This document shows, one piece after another, positions 16,350 through 25,152 of a stretch of 28,118 nt of DNA (the first letter of the stretch is position 1; the number at the start of each line of letters is the position of its first letter). Source of the stretch: Rhodocyclales bacterium (GTDB lineage: Bacteria > Pseudomonadota > Gammaproteobacteria > Burkholderiales > Rhodocyclaceae). The notes beneath the pieces are model-generated. The model saw only the letters and a program-made list of their open reading frames with translations, did not search any database and had not been told where the DNA came from. The DNA lies in NCBI GenBank assembly GCA_016177805.1, contig JACOUN010000036.1:1-28118 (forward strand), written 5' to 3'. A program made the translations under genes and the position numbers.

Positions 16350-17276
16350 ATGACTTTCTTTTTTGAAGTGCTGATCGGCGGCTTGCTCTCGGGGGTGCTG
16401 TACGCCCTGGTCGCCCTCGGCTTCGTGTTGATATTCAAGGCGTCCGGGGTGTTCAACTTCGCCCAGGGGGCGATGGTGTTCTTCGCCGCGCTGACGTTCG
16501 TGGGGTTCACCGAAGTGCTGCCTGGCTGGACCGGACTGGAGGAAGGGGGCAGCGCGGTGTTCTGGCTGGCCTTCGTGCTGGCGCTGGGGGCGATGATCGT
16601 GCTGGGCATCGCCACCGAGAAGGTCGTGCTGCGCCCGCTGGTCAACCAGCCGCCCATCACGTTGTTCATGGCGACCATAGGGCTGACCTTTCTGGTCGAA
16701 GGTATCGCGCAGGGGCTCTGGGGTGCCGCGGTGCGCGGTCTGTCCCTGGGGATCGAGGACGAGCCGGTCATGTGGATACTCGACCGCTTCGAGATGATCA
16801 TCTCCAAGTTCGACGTCATCGCGGCGGCGGTGGCGCTGGTGCTGTTCGTGTTGCTGGCGGCGTTGTTCCAGTACACCAAGGTGGGGCGCGCGCTGCGCGC
16901 GGTCGCCGATGACCACCAGGCGGCATTGTCGGTCGGCATTCCGCTCAAGCACATCTGGGCCATCGTGTGGGGGGTGGCCGGGTTCGTGGCATTGGTCGCG
17001 GGCCTGATCTGGGGGGCGCGCAACGGGGTGCAGTTCGCGTTGACCTTCACCGCGCTGAAAGCGCTGCCGGTGCTGATCCTGGGCGGGTTCACCTCGGTGC
17101 CGGGCGCGATCCTCGGGGGCTTGATCATCGGCGCCTCGGAGAAACTCGGCGAGGTGTATATCGGACCCTACATGGGCGGCGGGATCGACTCGTGGTTCCC
17201 CTACATGCTCGCGCTGCTTTTCTTGCTGGTTCGTCCGGAAGGGCTGTTCGGCGAGAAGCACATCGATCGGGTCTGA
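16350..17276 (+). CDS. livH: Liv-type ABC transporter permease (LivH-like).
   Basis: Hydrophobic 308-aa product following livG, with a GAGGAG SD. Confidence 0.88.
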   Translation: MTFFFEVLIGGLLSGVLYALVALGFVLIFKASGVFNFAQGAMVFFAALTFVGFTEVLPGWTGLEEGGSAVFWLAFVLALGAMIVLGIATEKVVLRPLVNQPPITLFMATIGLTFLVEGIAQGLWGAAVRGLSLGIEDEPVMWILDRFEMIISKFDVIAAAVALVLFVLLAALFQYTKVGRALRAVADDHQAALSVGIPLKHIWAIVWGVAGFVALVAGLIWGARNGVQFALTFTALKALPVLILGGFTSVPGAILGGLIIGASEKLGEVYIGPYMGGGIDSWFPYMLALLFLLVRPEGLFGEKHIDRV

Positions 17277-17313
17277 TCGACCGGCATAACGACAACGAAT
17301 TCGGAGACTACGC

Positions 17314-18381
17314 ATGTTTTATCGTGAGGCCGGCCAGTTCAAGGCCAGTTACCGGGAAGATCAGCAGATTTTCCCGATCCGCCAGGATCGGATCGGGATC
17401 GTTGCCGCGATCGTGTTCTTCTTCCTGGTCGTCCCTTTGATCGCGAACCAGTACTGGCTGCAGGCCATCCTGACCCCCGTACTGATCTTTTCCCTGGCCG
17501 CGCTCGGGCTCAACATCCTGACCGGCTATGCCGGGCAGTTGTCGCTGGGGTCCGCAGCGTTCATGGCGGTGGGAGCGTTCGGCACCTACAACTTCATGCT
17601 GCGCATGGACGGCATACCGTTTCTCGTGGCGCTGGTGCTGGGGGGGCTGTGTGCCGCCGTGGTCGGCATCCTGTTCGGCTTGCCCAGCCTGCGCATCAAG
17701 GGTTTCTACCTTGCGGTGGCGACACTGGCGGCGCAGTTCTTCATCGTCTGGGTACTGGTCAAGTTCGGCTGGTTCTCCAACCATTCGACCTCGGGCGTGA
17801 TCACCGCCCAGCACGTCGAGATACTCGGCTACACCTTCGATTCGCCCTTGTCCAAGTACCTGCTGACGCTGGCGGTGGTGGTGGTGTTCGCGCTGTTGGC
17901 CAAGAACATGGTGCGCTCGGCCACCGGGCGCAAGTGGATGGCGGTGCGCGACATGGACGTGGCGGCCGAGGTCATCGGCATACGCCTGATGGGCACCAAA
18001 CTGCAGGCATTCGCGATCTCGTCGTTCTACTGCGGCGTCGCCGGCGCGCTGTATGCCTACATGTATCTGGGCACGGTGGAGCCGGAAGGCTTCAACCTCG
18101 ACCTGTCGTTCAAGATCCTGTTCATGATCATCATCGGCGGGGTCGGCTCCATCCTGGGGTCTTTCATCGGCGCGGCCTTCATCGTGCTGCTGCCGGTGTT
18201 CCTGAACGTGGCCATGCACACCTCGCTGGGCGAGTTCATCCCGGCCAACATCGCAGCGAACCTGGAGCTGATCATCTTCGGCGGCATGATCGTTTTCTTC
18301 CTGATCGTCGAACCGCACGGTCTGGCGCGTCTTTGGCAGATTGCCAAGGAGAAGCTGAGGATCTGGCCGTTCCCGCACTAG
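17314..18381 (+). CDS. livM: Liv-type ABC transporter permease (LivM-like).
   Basis: Hydrophobic 355-aa product, third gene in the Liv-type order. Confidence 0.88.
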   Translation: MFYREAGQFKASYREDQQIFPIRQDRIGIVAAIVFFFLVVPLIANQYWLQAILTPVLIFSLAALGLNILTGYAGQLSLGSAAFMAVGAFGTYNFMLRMDGIPFLVALVLGGLCAAVVGILFGLPSLRIKGFYLAVATLAAQFFIVWVLVKFGWFSNHSTSGVITAQHVEILGYTFDSPLSKYLLTLAVVVVFALLAKNMVRSATGRKWMAVRDMDVAAEVIGIRLMGTKLQAFAISSFYCGVAGALYAYMYLGTVEPEGFNLDLSFKILFMIIIGGVGSILGSFIGAAFIVLLPVFLNVAMHTSLGEFIPANIAANLELIIFGGMIVFFLIVEPHGLARLWQIAKEKLRIWPFPH

Positions 18382-18454
18382 GATTGCAGTTCGCCGGCCG
18401 CGCGTCGGCGGTTGCGTTTCACCCGAAGCACCATATAAACGAGGAGGCACACAC

Positions 18455-19777
18455 ATGCAGTTCAAGAAAAGCTTAATGCTCGGAGCGGCCGTTGCGGGTC
18501 TGGCGGTCACTGGCTACGCGGCGGCGGCGGAGCAGTACATCGGTCTGCCGACCTACCGCGTGGGCGCTTACGCCGCAGGCGGTACAGGCCTGTTTGGTGG
18601 CTGGATCGACTACATGACGATGGTCAATGAGCGTGACGGTGGTGTGAACGGACTCAAGCTCGTCTGGGAGGAGTGCGAAACCGAATACAACAACGCGCGT
18701 GGCGTGGAATGCTACGAGCGCATGAAGAAGGGTGGCACGACCGGCAATACGGTGTTCCAGCCGCTGTCGACCGGCATCACCTACTCGGTGCTCGATCGCG
18801 TCGCGAACGACAAGATTCCGCTCGTGACCATGGGCTACGGCCGTACCGACGCCGCCGATGGGCGTGTGTTCCCGTGGGTCTTCCCGCTGATCACCACCTA
18901 CTGGTCGCAGAGCACCGCCAAGATCAAGTTCATCGGCATGAAAGAAGGCGGGATGGACAAGCTCAAGGGCAAGAAGATCGTCAACATTTATCACGATTCG
19001 GCCTACGGCAAGGAAACCATCCCGGTGCTCGACGCACAGGCCAAGCAGTACGGTTTCGAGGTCATCCACATCGCGGTGGCTCACCCCGGCAACGAGCAGC
19101 AGTCGCAGTGGTTGCGGGTGCGCCAGGAAAAGCCCGACTGGGTGATCCTGCGCGGCTGGGGCGTAATGAACCCGACCGCGATCCGCACCGCCGCGCGTAC
19201 CGGCTTCCCGCGTGACAAGATCGTCGGCGTGTGGTGGTCCGGTTCCGAAGAGGACGTGATTCCGGCCGGTGACGGCGCCAAGGGCTACATCGCGGCGGGC
19301 TTCAACGTCGCGGGCACGGACTTCCCGGTGATCAAGGAAATCCAGAAATACGTCTATGCCAAAAACATGGGCAACATGGAAGACAAGTCCCGCGTCGGCA
19401 GCGTGCTGTACAACCGGGGGGTGGTGCATGGCATCGTGACGCTGGAGGCCATCCGCACCGCGCAGACCAAGTTCGGCACGGGCAAGGCGCTGACCGGCGA
19501 GCAGGTTCGCTGGGGCTTCGAGAACCTCAACATCACCGACGAGCGCCTCAAGGAACTTGGCGCTTCCGGCTTCCTGCCGCCGCTGGCCACGAGCTGCATG
19601 AACCACGAAGGTTCGGGCAAGGTGAAGTTCCAGCAGTGGGACGGCGCCAAGTGGAAGGTCATCACCGACTGGATCGACAGCGACCAGGCGCTGGTACGCC
19701 CGATGATCGAGGAATCGGCAGCCAAGTACGCCGCCGAGAAGGGCATCACTCCGCGTGATTGCTCCAAGGAAATGTAA
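18455..19777 (+). CDS. Periplasmic substrate-binding protein of the Liv-type (type I PBP) family, 440 aa, with a signal peptide.
   Basis: Signal peptide MQFKKSLMLGAAVAGLAVTGYAAAA, with a GAGGAGG SD. It is larger than LivK, which fits the aromatic or organic-acid binding subfamily. Confidence 0.85.
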   Translation: MQFKKSLMLGAAVAGLAVTGYAAAAEQYIGLPTYRVGAYAAGGTGLFGGWIDYMTMVNERDGGVNGLKLVWEECETEYNNARGVECYERMKKGGTTGNTVFQPLSTGITYSVLDRVANDKIPLVTMGYGRTDAADGRVFPWVFPLITTYWSQSTAKIKFIGMKEGGMDKLKGKKIVNIYHDSAYGKETIPVLDAQAKQYGFEVIHIAVAHPGNEQQSQWLRVRQEKPDWVILRGWGVMNPTAIRTAARTGFPRDKIVGVWWSGSEEDVIPAGDGAKGYIAAGFNVAGTDFPVIKEIQKYVYAKNMGNMEDKSRVGSVLYNRGVVHGIVTLEAIRTAQTKFGTGKALTGEQVRWGFENLNITDERLKELGASGFLPPLATSCMNHEGSGKVKFQQWDGAKWKVITDWIDSDQALVRPMIEESAAKYAAEKGITPRDCSKEM

Positions 19778-19837
19778 TTGCGTTACCGCGGCGGGTCCGG
19801 GCTGCCGGGCCTGCCGCGTGCAGGCTTCCCCTTCCGT

Positions 19838-19900
19838 GGGGAGGTCTGCACGGTGCATGTCCGCGTGCGCCGTGCAGACCCTCTCCCGGTTTTTCCGGGG
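19838..19900 (+). terminator. Structured intergenic element after the binding-protein gene: a long imperfect hairpin followed by CCGG-TTTTT-CCGG. A candidate intra-operon terminator or attenuator.
   Basis: GGGGAGGTCTGCACGG...CCGTGCAGACCCTCTCCC, then GGTTTTTCCGG. An additional GCCTGC-cgcgt-GCAGGC hairpin lies at 19811..19827. It sits in the 156-bp gap before livF. Confidence 0.4.
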
Positions 19901-19933
19901 AGGTGGGACGGAGACCATAGGCGAAGATAGTCA

Positions 19934-20770
19934 ATGAATACAGCCACGAACACTTCAGCGACCCACGCGTCGCCCTACCTCAGCATCAACAACGTCGAGG
20001 TTATCTACGATCACGTCATACTGGTGCTGAAGGGCGTGTCCCTGCAGGTGCCCAAGGGCGGCATCGTGGCCCTGCTCGGCGCCAATGGCGCGGGCAAGTC
20101 GACCACGCTCAAGTCGATCTCGAACCTGCTCGGCGCCGAGCGCGGCGACGTCACCAAGGGCAGCATCGAGTTCAAGGGCGCGCGTATCGATCAGCTCACC
20201 CCCAACGATCTGGTCAAGCGCGGCGTGATCCAGGTCATGGAAGGGCGCCACTGTTTCGGCCACCTGACCATAGAAGAGAACCTGCTTACCGGCGCCTACA
20301 CGCGCAGCATTTCGCGCGCCGAGTTGAAGAGCAGCCTCGACAAGGTCTACCACTACTTTCCGCGCCTCAAGGAACGTCGCGGCTCGCAGGCCGGCTACAC
20401 GTCGGGCGGTGAGCAGCAGATGTGCGCGATCGGACGAGCCTTGATGGCCAAGCCGGAAATGATCCTGCTGGATGAGCCATCGATGGGACTGGCGCCGCAG
20501 ATCGTCGAGGAGATCTTCGAGATCGTCAAGGATCTGAACGCCAAGGAACAGGTGAGCTTCCTGCTCGCCGAACAGAACACCATGGTGGCGCTGCGTTACT
20601 CCGATTTTGGCTACATCCTCGAGAACGGTCGCATCGTGATGGAGGGGCATGCCACCGACCTGGCCACCAACGAAGATGTGAAGGAGTTCTACCTTGGCTT
20701 GTCCGGCGACGGGCGCAAGAGCTTCCGTGACGTCAAGCACTACCGCCGGCGCAAACGCTGGCTCTCGTAA
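19934..20770 (+). CDS. livF: Liv-type ABC transporter ATP-binding protein (LivF-like), with an approximately 25-aa N-terminal extension.
   Basis: GANGAGKSTT, TSGGEQQMCAIGRAL and ILLDEPSMGLAP. Confidence 0.88.
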   Translation: MNTATNTSATHASPYLSINNVEVIYDHVILVLKGVSLQVPKGGIVALLGANGAGKSTTLKSISNLLGAERGDVTKGSIEFKGARIDQLTPNDLVKRGVIQVMEGRHCFGHLTIEENLLTGAYTRSISRAELKSSLDKVYHYFPRLKERRGSQAGYTSGGEQQMCAIGRALMAKPEMILLDEPSMGLAPQIVEEIFEIVKDLNAKEQVSFLLAEQNTMVALRYSDFGYILENGRIVMEGHATDLATNEDVKEFYLGLSGDGRKSFRDVKHYRRRKRWLS

Positions 20771-20899
20771 CACGGCGTCAGCGGTGTGCGCGATGCGCGT
20801 GGGGTAGTCTCGCCGCCGCCGCGCGCCCCTGGCCACCTGGTTTCCATTGCTGTCCGGTGTCAATCACCGCGGCAGTCTGCGCCCAACGGATGAACGCAC

Positions 20900-22132
20900 A
20901 TGACTTACTACGACAACAAAGAAACCCGTGATCCGGCTGAGCGTGAGCGTGATCTGTTCGAGCGTCTGCCTGCACAGATCGCTCATGCCAAGGCCCAAGC
21001 CCCGGCGTTCGGCCGCAGTTTTGCCGACGTCGATCCCGCCAGCGTGACTACGCGCGAGGCTCTCGCGCGCCTGCCCGTGGTGCGCAAGTCCGAGCTGGTC
21101 GAACTGCAGAAACTGGCGCGCCCGTTCGGCGGGTTCGCCGCGGTGCGCTGGGGGCGCAAATGCCATCGCGTATTTGCCTCGCCCGGCCCCATCTACGAGC
21201 CCGAATCGGACCGCCCCGACTACTACCGGCTCGCCCGCAGCATGTACGCGACCGGTTTTCGCGAGGGGGATCTGGTGCATAACACCTTTTCCTATCACCT
21301 CACCCCCGGCGGTTTCATGATGGAGACTGCGGCGCTGGCGCTCGGCTGCACCGTGTTTCCAGCCGGCGTCGGGCAGACCGATCACCAGATTGCCGCGATC
21401 GCGGATCTAAAGCCCAATGCCTACGCCGGCACGCCGTCCTTTCTGCGCATCCTGCTGGAAAAGGCCGACAAGCACGGCGTCAAGGTCAGCTTCACCAAGG
21501 CCTTCGTGGTCGGCGAGGCTTTCCCCCCGAGCGTGCGCGAGGCGTTTGCCGCGCGCGGTATCACCGCCCATCAGGCCTACGCGACCGCCGATGTCGGTTT
21601 GATCGCGTATGAAACGCAGGCCCGTGAAGGGTTGGTCGTCGATGAGGACGTGATCGTCGAGATCGTCGTTCCCGGCACCGGCGACCCGGTGGCGCCGGGC
21701 GATGTCGGTGAAGTGGTCGTCACCACCTTCAACCCCGACTATCCGCTGATCCGCTTCGGCACCGGCGACCTGTCGCGCGCCATGCCCGGCCAGTCTCCAT
21801 GCGGGCGCACCAACATGCGCATCACCGGCTGGATGGGGCGCGCCGACCAGACCACCAAGATCAAGGGCATGTTCGTGCACCCCGGCCAGATCGCCCAGAT
21901 CGTCAAGCGTCACCCCGAACTGCAGCGTGCGCGCCTGGTGGTGGACAATCCGGGGTTGAACGACGCGATGACGCTGCAGTGCGAGGTCGAATCCGGCGGC
22001 GACGCGCTGGCCCAGGCGATCGCCGCCAGCGTGCGCGAGATCACCAAGCTGCGTGGCGATGTGCTCTTTGTTGCCCCCGGCGCAATCGCGCGCGACGGCA
22101 AGGTCATCGACGACCTCCGGACCTACGAGTAG
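20900..22132 (+). CDS. Phenylacetate-CoA ligase (PaaK)-family / coenzyme F390 synthetase-like adenylate-forming enzyme.
   Basis: 410 aa with PaaK-like architecture: an N-terminal region reading LPVVRKSELVELQ, the motifs YAGTPSF and AYATADVG, and a C-terminal KIKGMFVHPGQI. Confidence 0.8.
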   Translation: MTYYDNKETRDPAERERDLFERLPAQIAHAKAQAPAFGRSFADVDPASVTTREALARLPVVRKSELVELQKLARPFGGFAAVRWGRKCHRVFASPGPIYEPESDRPDYYRLARSMYATGFREGDLVHNTFSYHLTPGGFMMETAALALGCTVFPAGVGQTDHQIAAIADLKPNAYAGTPSFLRILLEKADKHGVKVSFTKAFVVGEAFPPSVREAFAARGITAHQAYATADVGLIAYETQAREGLVVDEDVIVEIVVPGTGDPVAPGDVGEVVVTTFNPDYPLIRFGTGDLSRAMPGQSPCGRTNMRITGWMGRADQTTKIKGMFVHPGQIAQIVKRHPELQRARLVVDNPGLNDAMTLQCEVESGGDALAQAIAASVREITKLRGDVLFVAPGAIARDGKVIDDLRTYE

Positions 22133-22147
22133 GGCGGATGAGTCGCA

Positions 22148-22190
22148 GGCGTTATCCGCCGGATGATGATAGCATGCGTCGGATAACGCC
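22148..22190. repeat. Perfect 11-bp inverted repeat GGCGTTATCCG...CGGATAACGCC with a 21-nt loop, downstream of the PaaK-like gene.
   Basis: Read directly from the sequence. No T-tract follows. It could be a stabilising or terminator hairpin, or a protein-binding site. Confidence 0.5.
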
Positions 22191-22253
22191 TCGCTCATAG
22201 GATCTACTCGGACCGCGATTGCCCGGTGTGGCTGGAGTGATAAGCTGCCGCCC

Positions 22254-23150
22254 ATGCACGGTCTGCTCATCCTCCTTCCCGACTTTTCCCTGATCATGCT
22301 CGGGGCGCTGCTGCGGCGCTCGTTGCTGGAGGCCGAGGCGTTTTGGGGCGGGGTCGAAAAGCTTGTCTACTTCGTGTTGTTCCCGGCGCTGCTGTTCAAG
22401 GCGCTGGCGACCGTCGATATCGATGCGAGCGTCGCGCTGCCGATGTTCGCGAGTGGCCTCGCGGTGATGCTGGCCGGGTTCATCTACGCGTGGCTGGGGC
22501 GGCCGCTGATGGGGCTGGACAGCCTCGGATTCGCCTCGCGCCTGCAATGCGCCTACCGCTTCAACACCTACATCGGCTTCGCCATCGCGGGCAAACTGCA
22601 TGGCGCCTCGGGCATCGCGATGATGGGGGCGATGTGCGGCGCCATGGTGCCATTCGCCAACATCATGGCGGTCGGGGTGCTCGCGCGCCACGGTCAGGTC
22701 GGCCTGCTGCGCGAGATCGCGCGCAATCCGCTGGTGCTGGCCACGCTGAGCGGCGTGCTGTTCAACCTGACCGATATCCCGCTGACCGAGCCGGTCGAGG
22801 CATTCCTCAAGCGCACCGGCGACGCCGCCGTGGCGCTGGGCTTGCTCGCGGTCGGTTCAGCGCTGCGCCTGCGCTTGGGCAGCGTCGGCGGACGCTGGCT
22901 GGGCGCCGGCTGGCTGATACTCGTGAAGTTGCTGCTGGTGCCGGCGACCGCGTTCCTGATCGGGCGTCAGGTCGGGCTCAGCGGCATCGCCTTCGACACC
23001 CTGGTGCTGTTTGCCGCCCTGCCAGCAGCCAGTTCGGCCTATATCCTGGCGGTGCGCATGGGCGGCGATGGCCCTGGCGTCGCGTGGCTGGTGTCGGCAA
23101 CGACGCTGCTGGCGGTGCCGACCCTGTCGCTGTGGCTGAGCCTGTTGTAG
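22254..23150 (+). CDS. AEC (auxin efflux carrier)-family membrane transporter.
   Basis: Hydrophobic 298-aa product starting [20 protein letters not shown], with the typical two-repeat AEC organisation. Confidence 0.8.
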   Translation: MHGLLILLPDFSLIMLGALLRRSLLEAEAFWGGVEKLVYFVLFPALLFKALATVDIDASVALPMFASGLAVMLAGFIYAWLGRPLMGLDSLGFASRLQCAYRFNTYIGFAIAGKLHGASGIAMMGAMCGAMVPFANIMAVGVLARHGQVGLLREIARNPLVLATLSGVLFNLTDIPLTEPVEAFLKRTGDAAVALGLLAVGSALRLRLGSVGGRWLGAGWLILVKLLLVPATAFLIGRQVGLSGIAFDTLVLFAALPAASSAYILAVRMGGDGPGVAWLVSATTLLAVPTLSLWLSLL

Positions 23151-23154
23151 CGGA

Positions 23155-23592
23155 CTATTTCTTGCCCGGCGCGACGCCTTTGGCGTTGCCGCGCGGAGGT
23201 GGCTTGGGGGGTTCCGGCTCGGGGGTGCTCGCCTCCGGAGGGGGAGGCGTCGAGCCCTGCGCATGCATGAAGTTCCATGGCCACATCGCTGCCGCCGCGA
23301 ACGGATCGGGCGCCGCGCTCCCTTCCTTGGCCTGCGCCTCGGCGGCGTGCTCGCTCATGGCCTTGACCGCCGCCAGTGCGACGCGCTGCATCTCCAGCCC
23401 CTGGGTGGTCATCTGCAGCATGTTGAGGTTCATCTTCAACCAGTTCTCGACCGCCTTGAGATCGGCGATGCGCTTGTCCAGCTCGTCCAGGTCCACCGTG
23501 GGGGTGACCATGCCGGGCAGCGAAAAGCCCATGTTGTTCCACATGCCACGTACGAAATCGAGCGGGTCCTGCGCTGGCTTGTCCTGTGACAT
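23155..23592 (-). CDS. PhaM-like polyhydroxyalkanoate-granule-associated protein (putative): helical N-domain plus a Lys/Pro-rich basic tail.
   Basis: The product reads MSQDKPAQDPLDFVRGMWNNMGFSLPGM... and ends in the tail PPPPEASTPEPEPPKPPPRGNAKGVAPGKK. A GGAGAGG SD is present. The assignment rests on recalled similarity to betaproteobacterial PhaM, so it is uncertain. Confidence 0.6.
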   Translation of the reverse strand: MSQDKPAQDPLDFVRGMWNNMGFSLPGMVTPTVDLDELDKRIADLKAVENWLKMNLNMLQMTTQGLEMQRVALAAVKAMSEHAAEAQAKEGSAAPDPFAAAAMWPWNFMHAQGSTPPPPEASTPEPEPPKPPPRGNAKGVAPGKK

Positions 23593-23637
23593 GGTCCTCT
23601 CCCGTTGCAGTGATAGGAAATGCCATGTTACCTGAAT

Positions 23638-23676
23638 GCATGAGCGCCGCTGATCTCAGTCGGGCGACGCTCATGC
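23638..23676. repeat. Perfect 9-bp inverted repeat GCATGAGCG...CGCTCATGC (21-nt loop) between amt and the PhaM-like gene.
   Basis: Read directly from the sequence. No U-tract is present on the minus sense. Confidence 0.45.
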
Positions 23677-23684
23677 GGTCCGCG

Positions 23685-24887
23685 TTACCAGGACGTTTCG
23701 CGCTCGGCCGTGGACGAGATCTTGTGGATGGACAGGTCGGCGCCGGCGAACTCTTCCTCGGCATCCAGGCGCAGGCCGATGGCGGCCTTGATCGCGCCAT
23801 ACACCACCAGCCCGCCCGCCAGCGCGATCGCGATGCCGGCCAGTGTGCCCGCCAGTTGCGACATCAGGTTGACGCCGCCCAGGCCGCCCAGCGTGGCGCT
23901 GCCGAAGATGCCCGCCGCGATGCCGCCCCACGCGCCACACAGCCCATGCAGTGGCCACACGCCGAGCACATCGTCGATGCGCCAGCGGTTCTGCGCCTGG
24001 GTAAATAGCAGCACGAACATCCCTCCGGCGACGACGCCGACCACCAACGCACCAAGCGGGTGCATCAGGTCCGAGCCGGCGCATACCGCGACCAGCCCGG
24101 CGAGCGGGCCGTTGTGCACGAAGCCGGGGTCGTTGCGCCCGACCGCGAGCGCCGCCAGCGTGCCGCCGACCATCGCCATCAGCGAGTTCAGTGCCACCAG
24201 GCCGTTGATCGCTTCGAGGCGCTGCGCGCTCATCACGTTGAAGCCGAACCAGCCCACCGCCAATATCCACGCGCCCAGCGCGAGAAAGGGAATGGACGAG
24301 GGGGGGTGGGCGGAAATGGCGCCGTCCTTGTGGTAGCGACCGCGCCGTGCCCCCAGCAGCAGCACTGCCGGCAAGGCGATCCAGCCACCGAAGGCGTGCA
24401 CTACGACGCTGCCGGCGAAGTCGTGGAAGGGGTTGCCGAAGGTGGTTTCCAGCCATGCCTGGAAGCCGAAGTTGCCGTTCCACACCATGCCTTCGAAGAA
24501 CGGGTAGACGAAGCCGACGATGAGAAAGGTCGCGATCAGTTGCGGGCCGAAGCGCGCCCGCTCGGCGATGCCGCCCGAGACGATGGCCGGAATGGCGGCG
24601 GCGAAGGTCAGCAGAAAGAAGAACTTGACCAGCTCATAGCCGGAGTTGGTCACCAGTTCGGTGGCGCTGCCGAAGAAACTGGTGCCGTAGGCGATGGCGT
24701 AGCCGACGGCGAAGTAAGCCAGCGTCGACATCGAGAAATCGCTGATGATCTTCACCAGCGCGTTGACCTGGTTCTTCTTGCGCACCGTGCCGACTTCGAG
24801 AAAGGCGAAGCCCGCGTGCATGGCGAGCACCATGATGGCGCCCAATAATACGAAAAGAACGTCGGCCGAGGTCTTGAACTGCTCCAT
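23685..24887 (-). CDS. amt: Ammonium transporter (Amt/MEP family), 401 aa.
   Basis: The product starts MEQFKTSADVLFVLLGAIMVLAMHAGFAFLEVG, with 11 TM helices and a conserved C-terminus. Its start is ATG 24887. The six-frame ORF is over-extended to 25049. Confidence 0.92.
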   Translation of the reverse strand: MEQFKTSADVLFVLLGAIMVLAMHAGFAFLEVGTVRKKNQVNALVKIISDFSMSTLAYFAVGYAIAYGTSFFGSATELVTNSGYELVKFFFLLTFAAAIPAIVSGGIAERARFGPQLIATFLIVGFVYPFFEGMVWNGNFGFQAWLETTFGNPFHDFAGSVVVHAFGGWIALPAVLLLGARRGRYHKDGAISAHPPSSIPFLALGAWILAVGWFGFNVMSAQRLEAINGLVALNSLMAMVGGTLAALAVGRNDPGFVHNGPLAGLVAVCAGSDLMHPLGALVVGVVAGGMFVLLFTQAQNRWRIDDVLGVWPLHGLCGAWGGIAAGIFGSATLGGLGGVNLMSQLAGTLAGIAIALAGGLVVYGAIKAAIGLRLDAEEEFAGADLSIHKISSTAERETSW

Positions 24888-24922
24888 GAGTGTGCTCCGG
24901 GTATGCGTAACCGGGGGCACCA

Positions 24923-24938
24923 AGCAGATCGCGTGCCA
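24923..24938 (-). promoter_or_regulatory. Sigma54 -24/-12 promoter for amt.
   Basis: Minus-sense TGGCAC-GCGAT-CTGCT with correct GG/GC spacing, about 35 nt upstream of the amt ATG. Confidence 0.5.
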
Positions 24939-25023
24939 CAAGTGGTTGTTATTTAAATACAACGAACTGCCGTTCGGCCGCACTGCGATTGGGCGTGCAA
25001 GGCACGACCGTGGTGCGTGGCGG

Positions 25024-25062
25024 GCACCATCACGGTGCACGGCGCGCACCGTGATGGCGTGC
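25024..25062. promoter_or_regulatory. Two NtrC-type palindromic enhancer sites (GCACC-N5-GGTGC), themselves forming a larger inverted repeat, about 100 bp upstream of the amt sigma54 promoter.
   Basis: GCACCATCACGGTGC and GCACCGTGATGGCGTGC. The half-sites match the NtrC consensus TGCACC/GGTGCA. Confidence 0.45.
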
Positions 25063-25152
25063 GCCGGCAGGCTACCGTGGAGGTCGCCGTGGATTGCCGC
25101 CTACCACCGGCCGTGCGAACATCGCCGCTCCGCAGCGACCGGGGTTCGGTTG

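Noticed and set aside
13522-19918. Antisense ORFs across the ligase/Liv operon, for example 13522..15042, 15357..17315, 17308..18510 and 18473..19918
   Set aside because: They are opposite a chain of strongly supported genes with SDs and conserved motifs. They are artefacts.
20771-20899. Possible sigma54 promoter (TGGCCACCTGGTTTCCATTGCT) upstream of the PaaK-like gene
   Set aside because: The GG-to-GC spacing is 10 nt, not the 12 nt required between the -24 GG and the -12 GC. It does not fit the consensus geometry.
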